A model generated the notes under the pieces. It was not told the origin of the DNA, did no database searches, and saw only the letters and a list, made by a program, of their open reading frames with translations. A stretch of DNA of 64,000 nucleotides, from assembly GCF_030028105.1 (NCBI RefSeq), contig NC_092398.1, forward strand, positions 29,048,424 through 29,112,423. The letters run 5' to 3'. Made by a program: the position numbers and the translations under genes. The stretch comes from Mobula birostris. Its lineage: Eukaryota. This document shows positions 1-10,588 of this stretch, piece after piece. The stretch's first letter is position 1. Each line of letters starts with the position of its first letter.

Positions 1-132
1 AGGGTGTCAAAGGTTATGGGGAGAAGGCAGAAATACGGGGTTGAGTGGATAATAAATTAGCCATGAAATGCCTAAGCAGGTTCAATAGGCCAAATGGACT
101 AATTCTGCTCCTATAATTTATGATCTTATGGT
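1..132 (+). mobile_element. CR1 LINE 3' end fragment
   Basis: GGTTATGGGGAGAAGGCAG...CTAATTCTGCTCCTAT...TATGATCTTATGG, the same type of 3' end as the other CR1 copies in the window. Confidence 0.75.
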
Positions 133-257
133 GATCAGCATGGTCCACTTGGACAGAAGTGCACATATCTGTATTACTCCATGACTGATGTAGAAAGTGG
201 AGATACTGATCCTCACCAGGTTACAGCAGGATTCTGTTCCTGTGAAACAATCGTAAC
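118..257 (-). CDS. Probable exon 4 (connecting peptide/TM/cytoplasmic) of the MHC gene
   Basis: Acceptor CCCATTCAG|GT continues the frame in phase 1: GYDCFTGTESCCNLVRISISTFYISHGVIQICALLSKWTMLITIRS*. The TM-like stretch contains atypical His and Gln. The last codons and stop overlap a CR1 3' tail. Confidence 0.5.
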
Positions 258-287
258 CTGAATGGGTTGAAAATGTGAACCAGATCA

Positions 288-1594
288 CCCAATCATGTGG
301 CAGCAACTCAATGCATCAAAGCATGCAGACATGGCCAAGAGGTCCAGTTGTTGTTCAGACCAAACATCAGATTGGGGAAGAAATGTGATCTGAGTGACTT
401 TCACCATGGAACCTAGTCAAGATGGTGCCTGTGTACAACGTCCCGCTGGTCAACGTCTATCAGATAGTCAACGAATCTGTTTATTTCACTTCTTTTACGT
501 CTGCTTTTCATCTGAAATGTGTTTCTGGAACTGTTAAGAGCCTGTGATTTACAGTTTAGAGATCAATTGAGTGACCTAGTGCTTTGCTGTCTCCGGGAAG
601 ATTCCAGGAAGCTCAAACAGCCTCAAGGCGAAACAGCTTAAAGATAAGGCAGGGGCCAATGATCGACTCCATTTTGCTGAGTAAAGTGTTGAGGAAGATT
701 GAATCTGAGGCAACTGCTTGCCTTTTGATTGCAGGGATGGACTTCTCTGCTGTGTGGTGCCTTTCACTCTTTGTTGTTGGAGGGCAGGCCTCCGCGTTTG
801 AGTGTTCTCTCTCTCTCTCTCTCTCTCTCGCTCGCTGTTGGTCAGAGGATATTACCAGGTTCTGAATTTATGAATTGGACTATGGACTTCCAGTCTTATG
901 ATTTTTATATTCTATGTTTTCCCCTGTTCTTTCACCTTGTTATTGCAGAGCATGTTTTGTTAGTTTTTTTTTTACATGAGGGAGTGGGATTTAGATGGGT
1001 TGATGTTCTTGTAGCATTTTGATTTTTTTGTGCAGGGTGGGGGTTTGATGTTCCTGTTCAGTTTTGATTTTTTTGTGCAGTGGAGGGGTGGGGGTTTGAT
1101 GTTTATCTTTGAATGACTTCCATGGATTTCTTTTTTTCATGGCTATCTGGAGAAATGAATCTCAGAGTTGAATAATGAACACATAGTTTGATAATAAATG
1201 AACTTTTGAACGATGCTGATGCACGACGGGGTGGTTTGAGTATCTCAGAAATTGTTGAGCTCCCGGGATTTTCAGGGACAAGTCTCGAGAGTTTAAAGTG
1301 AACAGTGTGAAAAACAAACAAAAAAAAATCATTTACTGAGTGGCAGTTGTGGGCAAAAGTGCCTTGTTAGTGAGATTTCAGAGGAGAATGGCCAGACTGG
1401 TTCACGCTAACAGGAACACGACAGTAACTGAAAGAACCGCCTGATACAATGTTGGTGTGCGGAAGAGCGTCACTGAACGCAAACATTTCCAACCTTGAAG
1501 CGGATGAGCTACAGCAGCATAAGACCACAACCTTACACTCAATGGTCACTTTATTATGTAGAGGAGGTGCCTGATAAAGTGGCCACTGAGTGTA
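288..1594. mobile_element. Non-autonomous Tc1/mariner-like element interrupted by an ~800 bp unclassified repeat (~413-1211)
   Basis: Matches the Tc1-like family also at 2445, 15025, 15680 and 43200. The terminal hairpin CACTCAATGGTCACTTTATT...TAAAGTGGCCACTGAGTG is followed by TA. The sequence resumes in register after the inner repeat, which contains (CT)n at about 806-829. Confidence 0.7.
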
Positions 1595-1673
1595 TAATAT
1601 AGTGTTGGACAGAGTGTGAACCAGATCATCACCAGTACACTGCACCCCAAATTACTCAGACTCTGAGCCTTAC

Positions 1674-1955
1674 CCCAAACTGCATGCAGCTTGTCAGGGA
1701 CGCTCAAATGCTCGATTTCACAAGTGTAAGTGTCACCCTTCCCGGGGTCAATTTCGACCTGTAGCCGGACTTGGAACGTCCTATCCCAGTTGGGTAAAAT
1801 TCTCGTCATTAGCACTTCCTGATCGATCGCCACACCATTCCGCAGCCACGTTGCATGGATTTTCTTGGGATAAAATCCATGCACTTGGCATGTCAGGGCC
1901 AAGGTATTCTCTCTGTTCTTCATGTGTCTTGAGGTTATTGTGATAGTTGGCTTCG
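1674..1955 (-). CDS. MHC W-category-like beta chain, exon 3 (Ig C1-set beta2 / alpha3-type domain)
   Basis: Acceptor CACTGCAG|CG, donor TGGG|GTAAGG, 282 nt. Encodes KPTITI...LTCQVHGFYPKKIHATWLRNG...ILPNWDRTFQVRLQVEIDPGKGDTYTCEIEHLSVPDKLHAVW, a canonical MHC C1 domain. Confidence 0.93.
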
Positions 1956-2444
1956 CTGCAGTGGACAGAAACACATTGAAGCTGAACTTGGTTACGGGAT
2001 CAAAAAAAGTAATGAGTAACAGAACTTCAAAGTTCAAAGTATGTTTACTATTAAAGCATGTGTATATTATACAACCTTGAGAATACAGCATGACGGAATG
2101 GAGGAACAGACACAATGGGTCAAATGGTCTAATTCTGTTCCTATGTTTATTCACCTCCCTAGATGCTGCCTGGCCTGCTGAATTTGTGTGGGTGTGTGTG
2201 TGTGTGCTGCTTTGGATTGCCAACATCTGCAGAATCTTTTCTGTTTTGAAACTGTCCCCTGGTCATATGCATCCGACCAGGGGTATGGTTCTTTTAATCA
2301 CTCCCAAGTCACAGGAAAGTTCCAAGGACTGGTGGCAACCCAAAGTTTCCATAAGGTGGAAATACTTAGAAATGAAAATTTGCATGGTGCAGTTAATTAG
2401 CTGCAGGTTAGTGCAGATCAGAATCAGGTTTAATATCACTGACA

Positions 2445-5400
2445 TACACTCAGTGTCCACTTTATTATGTACACTGCTCATTAATATAAACTTCTAATCA
2501 GCCAATCATGTGCCAACAACTCAATGCATAAAAGCATGCAGACGTTGTCAAGAGGTTCAGTTGATGTTCAGACCAAACATCAGAATGGGGAAGAAATGCA
2601 ATCTAATTAACTTTGACCATGGACCAGATGGGGTGGTCTGAGTATCTCAGAAACTGCTGATCTCCTGGGATTTTCATACACAACGGTCTCTCGAGTTCAC
2701 AGAGAATGGTGCGACAAAGAAAAAACATCCAGTGAGCAGCAGTTTTGTGGGTGAAAGCACCTTGTTAATGAGAGAGGTCAGAGGAGGATGGCCAGACTGG
2801 TTCAATCTGATAGGACGGGGACGGTAACTCAAATCACCATGTGTTACAGCAGTGGTGTGCAGAAGAGCATCTCTGAACGTACAACATGTCACACCTCAAA
2901 GTGACTGAGCTGCAGCAGTGATTCCCAAGGGGAGTGCGGTATTGTATGATGTCATGGGGGAAGAGTGGCACCCCTACTTGAGGCTCGAGACCTGACCGAC
3001 CGTTAGTAGACCAGGCACTTCTGAAATAAAGGATGAGGCACTGGAACACAGGAAGAACCACAGCTCAGCAGGCGGTGAGCACCGTCATCACAACAAGTCT
3101 GAAATTTGACAATCTCATCCAACCTTACCAACCAAACAGACATTATTGAGGATGCATAAATTAGCAAACAGGGTGTCCAACAATTACCCTTGACTGGCAG
3201 CACGGAACGAGTTCGTGCAATTTAACGGTTGATAGGTCAAGTACACCCTCTCCACCTTCGTGACAGATCTATGGAAAACAGGTCGCGCAACGATACAGCG
3301 CTGGCCGGAACCAAATGGTGAAATAGAGTCAATCAGTGAACCTGTCAACCCTGAGGAATCCTCTTGAGGTGTTCAAAGTGACCTCGGCTTCATATGTGCG
3401 GTCAAGAACCATCTTTGGGGATTACGAAACTTTACGTGACTGGTTAATCGTGCTGACTGGAATAGTAAGAAGGTAGCTTCCCAAACACAAGCTCTGTCCC
3501 GACTAACATTCGATTCCAATCTGAATCCTTGTCAATGTAATTTTTGCAGTTGTGATCGTCTTCACCTTTGCCTCGCTGTTCCTTTGCGTGCCACTGCCAT
3601 CGTTCCATCCGTGTCAACTCACTGCCATCAACATCCGATAGGCATTCCCAGTGGTGTTAATTTATTATTTTAATTTAGCCCCGTTAACAATGGGTAAGTA
3701 TGTACGGTGCGATCTCTACAAGCTTGAAGGCGGTGAAGCCTTGAATTCTAATCCTGCTAAGAAACAGAAACTACACAAAGTGTGCCAATACAAAGTTACA
3801 TACCTGAAATATGGTTTTATTCCATCGCATTAGATCAGCAGCGCCCCATGTTTCCTATTTGTAATACTGTACTGTCTAATGAATCCATGAAACCATCAAG
3901 ATTGCAGGAATGCTTCTGCAAAAGACACCCTGAAAAGGCTACTTATGATATTACTCGGTTCCAGAAGATGAAAGAAGCATTGCAAAACCATTGCACATTC
4001 GAGTCATTTGCCAAGAAATGACTTTGTTTGTGGTCTCGTTGCTTCTTATATCATTTCCAAAATGATAGCAAGGTGTGGAAAATCTCATACAATTGGTGGA
4101 AGATTAATAATGCTTGCTGTATCAGAAGTGCTTCACCACTGTTCTCAAAATGGAAACCAGTATTTTAAAATAATTTCCTCTAAGCAATAGCTCATCGTAT
4201 TGATGAAATGAGTGAAGAGGTGGAATATCAACTTTGCACAGAGCCACAAAAAACAGAATTTGGGATATAACTGGATGAGTCAACTGTGCAAGGCAACGCG
4301 GCATTGCTAATGGCATCTGTACGGTTTATCTAAAAGGGAAAAGTTTAGGAAGCGATTCTCTTTTGTAAAAAGTTAAAAACATATCAACAGAGAATCAATC
4401 TATGATGACCTCAAAATGTATATTGAGGATGAAAGTATTTCAATTAGGAACATGATTTCTTGTACAACAGATGGAGCACCATATATAACAGGTTGCCATG
4501 CTAGTTTAGTGGCATTAATGAAAAAATAAATTCCAAGTTTGTTTACATCCATTGTGTAATTCATCGTCAACACCTCGCAGCCAAAAACCTCAGCTAGTGA
4601 CTTTTTTCAAGCATGACTCCTGTAATAGCTGCTATCAACAAAATTAAAGATCATCCATTAAATAGCAGAATATTTCACCATTTATGCCAAAATATCAATG
4701 CAGAGATTGAACGCTTGTTTCTTCACACTGAAGTGTGTCCGCTGTCAAAAGCTGCTCCTTAAAACACTTCTTTGATCTTTTTGCACTGGTGGAAGTCAAC
4801 GAGATTGGACTTCTATATGGAGATGTGGCAAACCAAGCCGATCAGTATGACAAACTGAATATTCTAAATATGAAACTGCTGGGTGAAAACTTAAATTTAA
4901 TCCAGACAAAAAGTTGAATGCCCACTTTTATCAGAAAATTGAAAATATGTAAGCAAAACATTGGGAGAAGAATGTTCTCAGTTTCCCTGCATGGAAAGTA
5001 TGGCACTCTCTTTCACAGATGGTGATTTGCAAGAGTGCTCCTTACACCTGCAGTCACCGAAGAAAGATTTTCAGAATTGATTCAAGGATTTGAACGCTCC
5101 AGAAATTCCGGACTGGGTTATTACCCTATTCCTTTGCAAGGTGGAAGAACAGGAAGAGAGCTTGCAAGAAAAAATTATCAAAATTCAGAATAAGGGAGAA
5201 GCAAAAATGCTTATTTAAAAACATCGACTTTTGTGCTATGTGGCTAGAGGGTCATATGAAGTTTCCTTGTCTTTGAAGATGAGCCAAACTGCTCTTCATT
5301 GTATTTCTATCCTCCTACCTTATTGAAAGTGCAGTGAACCACAACCTCACAAAAAACAGAAACCACTTGGATATTGGCATGCGTGGGGACTTAAGGCTTT

Positions 5401-5768
5401 TGCTGTCACAACTTGAACCAGATATTTCAACTCTTGCTAAAAACCTTCAAGCTTAAGGATCACATTCATGTCAAAGCTGCTGTACAGTGTGTAGGTACTT
5501 AGTAAGCTAGTTTTAAAGACCAATAACAATTTAAATCAGAATCAGTTTTCTCGTGTTAGCATATGGTAGACATGTTTTCACACCATGGGGGTGCCAGAAA
5601 GTGCGTTGTGCCTTAAAAGAGCATTAACAAGAATGAAAGTGCTTTAGGGAGGTGTTGGGCTAAAAACAGTTGAGAAACAGTAGGCTACAGCAACAGAAGA
5701 CCACGAACATACACTCAGTTTCCACTTTATTAGCTACAGGAGAAACCTAATAAAGTGGTCACTGAGTA
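2445..5768. mobile_element. Non-autonomous Tc1/mariner-like element split by the hAT insertion (2445-2915 and 5683-5768)
   Basis: TA|CACTCAGTG terminus at 2445. The host sequence stops at GAGCTGCAG (2915) and resumes at GGCTACAGCAACAGAAGACCAC (5683), ending in the same terminal hairpin. Confidence 0.8.
2916..5682 (+). mobile_element. hAT (Charlie/Buster, SCAND3/ZBED8-like) DNA transposon, decayed transposase
   Basis: Fragments include KQKLHKVCQYKVTYLKYGFI, RPMFPICNTVLSNESMKPSRLQ..F.KRHPEK, SYIISKMIARCGKSHTIG, and DGA/CVIHRQHL-type motifs, with many stops and frameshifts. Degenerate TIRs CAGTGATTCCCAA / GTTGAGAAACAGTA. 8-bp TSD AGCTGCAG / GGCTACAG (nnnTAnnn type). Confidence 0.9.
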
Positions 5769-6991
5769 TAAGGTCTTTTGCTGACAAGTTTGCTGTCTTG
5801 TGCCAGCAATATGGTGTAATACATAAAAGGAATAAGTTACAAAAACAAACATATTTAAATGAAATAAATAGTTCGAATAGAGAGCAAAAATAGTGAGGTT
5901 ATGTTCATGGGTTTTTTATGGACTGTTCATAAATCTGATGGGAGAAGGGAAGAAGCTTTTCCTGAATCCTTTAGTGTGTGCCTTCAGGCTCCTGGACCTC
6001 CTCCCTGAAGGGAGCACTGAAAGGCATGTCCTGAGTGGTGAGGGTCTTTAATGATGGATGTTGCCTTTTTGAGGCATCACTCCTTGAAGATTCCTGAATG
6101 CTAAGGAGGCTCGTGCCCATGATGGAACTAATTGAGTTCACAAATTTCTGCAGCTTCTTTCAACCCTTTGCAGTATCTACACCCCCTCCCCCCATGTGCA
6201 GCCAGTTATACCTCTCCACGGTAAATCTGTAGAAATTTGACATACCAAATCTCCTCAAACGCGTAATGAAATATAGCCGCTGTCGTGCCTTTTTGTAACT
6301 GCCTTGACATGTAGGCCCCAGGATAGATCCTCAGAGACATTGACGCCTAATAACTTGAAATTGCTCACTCCCTCCACTTCTGATCCCTCTTTGAGGACTG
6401 GTGCGTGTGTTCCCTTGTTTTGCCCTCTCTGTCAGCCTCTGCCACACAGCCTACTTGAACATCGCTTTGAAAACAAAACTTTAATTCCACTTCCCACTCC
6501 CATGCCATGGCCTCCTCTTCTGTCAGGATGAGGCCGCACACAGGTTGGAGGAGTAACATCTTATATTCCGCCTGGGTAGCCTCCAACCTGATTGCAGGAC
6601 CACCGACTTCCCGAACTTCCAGTAATGCCCCCCCCACTTCATCATTCCCCATTCCCTTTTCCCTCTCTCACCTTACCTGCACATCACCTCCCTCTGGTGC
6701 TTCCCCCCTTTCTTTCTTCCATGCCCTTCTATCCTTTCCTATCAGATTCCTCCTCCTCCAGCCCTGCACCTCTTTTCCCAATCAACTTCCCAGCTCCTTA
6801 CTTCACCCCTCTCCACCTCCTAACTCTGACTCCTCAACTTGTTTCTCCAGTCCTGATGAAGGGTCTCAGCCCGAAACGTTGTCTGTACTCTTTTCCATAG
6901 ATGCTGCCTGGCCTGCTGAGCTCCTCCAGCACTTTGTGGGTGCTGCTTGGATTTCCAGCATCTGCAGATTTTTTTGTGAAAATAAACTTAC

Positions 6992-7249
6992 CCGTCAGAG
7001 TTTGAACAGCCTGGTGAACGATCTCCATGGCAACAGGCATGCTTTCAACACAGCAGGTAACATATTTCATAACCTCCGTATTGCGGTTCAGATCGTCCAT
7101 GTAAGGCTTTACAATTGGATTGATGGCCACAAACTTTCCTGTAGTATAATTAAAGCGAACGGTCGTTTCTCCATTGTAAGCAAACTGCAGGGTAGCCATT
7201 GAAAACTGTGAACCTTTACCAGAGAAAGTCACTTGACCGATGTGCATTC
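6992..7249 (-). CDS. MHC W-category-like beta chain, exon 2 (beta1 / class I alpha2-type membrane-distal domain)
   Basis: Acceptor TTGCCAG|GA, donor ACGG|GTAAGT, 258 nt, phase 1/1. Encodes GMHIGQVTFSGKGSQFSMATLQFAYNGETTVRFNYTTGKFVAINPIVKPYMDDLNRNTEVMKYVTCCVESMPVAMEIVHQAVQTLT, matching the MHC pattern QFAYxG...F...KFVA..P...LN and CVE. Confidence 0.85.
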
Positions 7250-7329
7250 CTGGCAAGCAGATAATAATCGATCCATTAACCAATTGTGAGAGTGAAATGG
7301 CTCATTTTAAAACCTTAAAATTAATCAAC

Positions 7330-8400
7330 CTGAAACAACAAATTTGTCTCTCCCTTCTGTGGATTCCACACCATTCTGACAGCAAAAAGGTGCCACTTCT
7401 CCAGAGCCACCTCTCCCTCCCACGGTAAAACTCCAATAGTTGGGATTTGGTGGTGGTGCTGTTGACCCTTCACCCTCACTCTCTGCACCCACCTCTTCCT
7501 CAGTTCGATGCCCACGTCCCCACCCACCTCTTTGCCCAAACCCCTCCTCGCCATTGAAGTGCCCTTCCCTCAACACCTCTCCCCACAGACATCTCTCCTC
7601 ACCGTCCACACCCAACACTCCACTCACTCCCTCTCTCCCTACCCACCCTCAGTGACTACTTCCCTCCCTCCCCAAACATCCTTGGCGGTCCCTCCCCACC
7701 CGCTCAAACATGGCCCCATCCCCTCCCAGTCTCCGTGCCCTCTATCCTCCCCACTCTCTGCACCCCAACAACTCCACTCCTCAGCCTTCAGTTCCACACG
7801 TAGCACCTCTCTCCCTCCCCACACACCTTTGGCACACTATATCCTCTCCCACACACTCATCCCCAATATCCCCACCCCTTCCACCACCCCCTCAACAATA
7901 CTCAATTCACCTCCACTCCCTCCCTACCTATTCTCTCTCAGTGCCTCCTTCCCTTCCCATGCCCATTCGTTGCCCTCTCCCCTCTCCTTTGGAACGCCCT
8001 TCCCTCCCATTGTGCCCAGTCCACTACCCTCCATTGGCGCCCCCTCCTCCCCAGCTTCCCTTTGCACTCCCTCCCCACCCTCCATTGGCACCCTTCTCCT
8101 CAGCTCTCCACCCTCTTTGGTGCTCACTCTCCACCCTGCCTCAATGTCACTCCACTCTCCTCCCCACCCTCTATCGGTACTCATTCCCCTCCTCTCCCCT
8201 CTTAACCCTTCCTCAGTTCCCCTCCCCACCCTCCCCTGGTGCCGCTCCTCTCTCCACCTTCTTTCAGCGAGGTCTCCCCTTCCCTCCTGACCTTTACCCT
8301 CCCTCCCTAGTTGCCCCCTTCCCTTTCTTTCCACCCTCACTATACCTCCCTACCCTCCATCGGTGCCCCCTCCCCCGGCGCCTCCCATCCCTGGGGCGCT
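7330..8400. repeat. C-rich low-complexity tract in MHC intron 1
   Basis: The plus strand is overwhelmingly C/T with very few G. It generates the spurious Pro-rich ORFs 7508-8639. Confidence 0.9.
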
Positions 8401-8790
8401 GCGCTCCTCACCCAGGGCAATGGAGCCGTTGTGGAGGAGGAGGAGGAGGAAGGCGGCGAGCAGAGAGGGAGAGCGGCGTCGCCTCACGCCGGCCGGCGGC
8501 TCCTGAGACAGCGGGAGGAGCAGCTGGTTCACGGTTCGCGGAGACGGCATCATTCCCCACATCCCTTCCGCCGAAGGCTGAGGACCTCGTCACACAGCCG
8601 CTACGCGCGAAACCGATCGCCAGCCGGCAGGTCCCGTAACGGGAGGCGATCGATGTAGAAGTTTCCCCTGCTGCGTGGGCGGCCGCTGCCACAGACAGGC
8701 GGGGCGAGGCGGGAGGGAACGCCTTCTGTTTCAACTTAGCGCTTTATTCTCAACGAGACTCAACAACACACGACGAAAGGTGATTGGGAT
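8380..8790 (-). promoter_or_regulatory. CpG-island promoter/exon 1 region of the MHC gene
   Basis: High CpG density in a CpG-poor background, GC-box-like GGGGCGAGGCGGG at about 8700, CCAAT (plus-strand GATTGG) at about 8782, kB-like GGGGAAACTTC (minus) at about 8658-8668. Confidence 0.6.
8412..8562 (-). CDS. MHC W-category-like beta chain, exon 1 (leader peptide)
   Basis: ATG 8562 (alternative ATGs 3-4 codons in) gives MWGMMPSPRTVNQLLLPLSQEPPAGVRRRRSPSLLAAFLLLLLHNGSIAL-G. It has a hydrophobic h-region, ends at a phase-1 donor CTGG|GTGAG, and lies in the most conspicuous CpG-rich patch of the first 13 kb. Confidence 0.75.
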
Positions 8791-8829
8791 ACCAGCTGAG
8801 AGGAGCGTGGATGGGGTCGGGTAATAATA

Positions 8830-9480
8830 GGTGAGGGGGAGGTAGGTGTGTGAGTAGGACACCAGGTGAAGGGGAGGTAGGTGTGTGGGTGGGACACCAG
8901 GTGAGGGGTGGTAAGTGTGTAGGTGAGATACCAGGCGAGGGGGAGGTAGGTGTGCGGGTGGAACACCAGGTGAGGGGGAGGTAGGTGTGTGGGTGAGATA
9001 TCAGGTGAGGGGAAATTGGGTGGGTGGGACACTAGGTGAGGGGGAGGTAGGTGTGTGGGTGGGATACCAGGTGTGGGGGAGGTAGGTGTGTGGGTGGGAC
9101 ACCATGTGAGGGGGGAGGTAGGTGTTTGGGTGGGACACTAGGTGGGGGGAGGTAAGTGTGTGGGTGGGATACCAGGTGAGGGGGAGGTAAGTGGGACACG
9201 AGGTGAAGGGGAGATAGGTGTGTGGGTGGGATACCAGGTGAGGGGGGGAGGTAGGTGTTTGGGTGGGATACCAACTGGGAGGAGGTGGGTGGGTGGGTGG
9301 GTGGGTGGGATGCCAGGTGAGAACGGAGGTGTGTAGGTGTAATACCAGGTGAGGGGGAGGTGGAATGGGGTGAAAGCAGGTGAGGGGGAAGGTGGGTGGA
9401 TGGGATACCAGTTCATCAATAAGGTGGGTGATAGAAGGAGTATACCAGGTGAGAGGAACAGTGTTTGTGTGTGTGTGTGT
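8830..9480. repeat. G-rich minisatellite, ~35 bp unit
   Basis: Tandem copies of approximately GTGAGGGGGAGGTAGGTGTGTGGGTGGGA(C/T)ACCAG. Confidence 0.9.
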
Positions 9481-10353
9481 GGGGGGGGGGTGTTGTGTGG
9501 AAGGGGGCTACCAGGTAAGAGGGGATAGCAGGTGTTTAGATGGTAGACAGGTGGGTAGTGGATGGGGGTATGCCAGACAAAGGGGAAGGTGTGAGTTTCC
9601 TCCATTTTCTATTCCTATCAGATTCCTTCTTTTTCAGCCTTAACCTCCTCCACCAATCACCTTCCAACTTCTTATCTCAAAACCTCAACCCTTCCCACCC
9701 ACCTTCCCCCTCTCCTGGCCTCACCTATCACCTGCAAGCATGTACACCTTCCCCACCTCCCACCTTCTTATTCTGGCTTCTTCCCAACACCCCCCCCCCC
9801 ACCTTCCTTTCCAGTCCTGATGAAGGTTCTCAGTGTGAGACGTTGATTGTCCATTTCCCTCTCTAGACATTGCCTGACCTGATGGGTTCCTCCAGCATTT
9901 TGTGTGTCTTACATTTATGTAGCACCTTTGAAGACATTCCGTGTCAATTAAATGTGTCATCAAATGCTCAGGAGGCCGATGGCACCTAATGGCAACTCCT
10001 TCACTTGCATCTTTAGAAACAGCTCTATTTATTTCTTTTTTTTTTCCTTTTCAGGGTTCTTTTGAAGATCCTGACCTGGAGTGACACACTGACTTCGGTT
10101 CTTTGCGGGAATGGGACCCGCTGTCGGGGTCTCACGACTGGCTGCTTTTCGATATGCCACGGACGCATCCTGGAAGACTCGCGCACCTTTGGTGTGCCGG
10201 ATTCCGGTGGCTCTGGAGGCAGACGGACTCGAGGTCGGTGCTGGTGCCTGGTGTATTGTGGGAGACCAAAGGGCGCAGAGCACGGAAAAAGCAACACAGT
10301 AGACTTTTAAAAACGCAAACACGAGAGAATCTGCAGATGCTGGAATAGCAAGC

Positions 10354-10583
10354 TGTGGTAAACCATATATATTGTAACTGGGTTACCTGTCTGGACACGC
10401 CCCTCTGCTGACTGCTCCTGTGGTTCCTCCCAGAGACCCCTGAATAAAGGCGATTGTACCATTGCTCCTCCTCTCAGGCCAGGGGCAGATACTCAGCATG
10501 GTGGAGGTCACACTTTACTGCTAATAAAAGCCTTTCAGTATTTACTCTACTTCCAGTCTTTTGGAGTTATTGATGGTGCATCA
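10354..10583 (+). mobile_element. Solo LTR (Gypsy-type), 230 bp
   Basis: TG...CA termini, internal AATAAA, perfect 5-bp TSD CAAGC (10349-10353 / 10584-10588). Confidence 0.85.
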
Positions 10584-10588
10584 CAAGC

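Noticed and set aside
1546-1673. Read-through after the Ig exon (KAQSLSNLGCSVLVMIWF) resembling a class II CP/TM
   Set aside because: There is a strong GTAAGG donor at 1673, the read-through runs into a Tc1 terminus, and a better exon 4 exists.
8745-8790. MHC SXY promoter module
   Set aside because: Only a Y/CCAAT-like word is clear. The X-like match is weak, wrongly spaced and in the opposite orientation.
8830-9480. CRISPR-like regular ~35-bp repeats
   Set aside because: The units are contiguous with no unique spacers, in a eukaryotic context, so this is a minisatellite.
7508-9866. Long Pro/Ser/Gly-rich ORFs (up to 309 aa)
   Set aside because: They are artefacts of C-rich low-complexity and minisatellite DNA that lacks stop codons.
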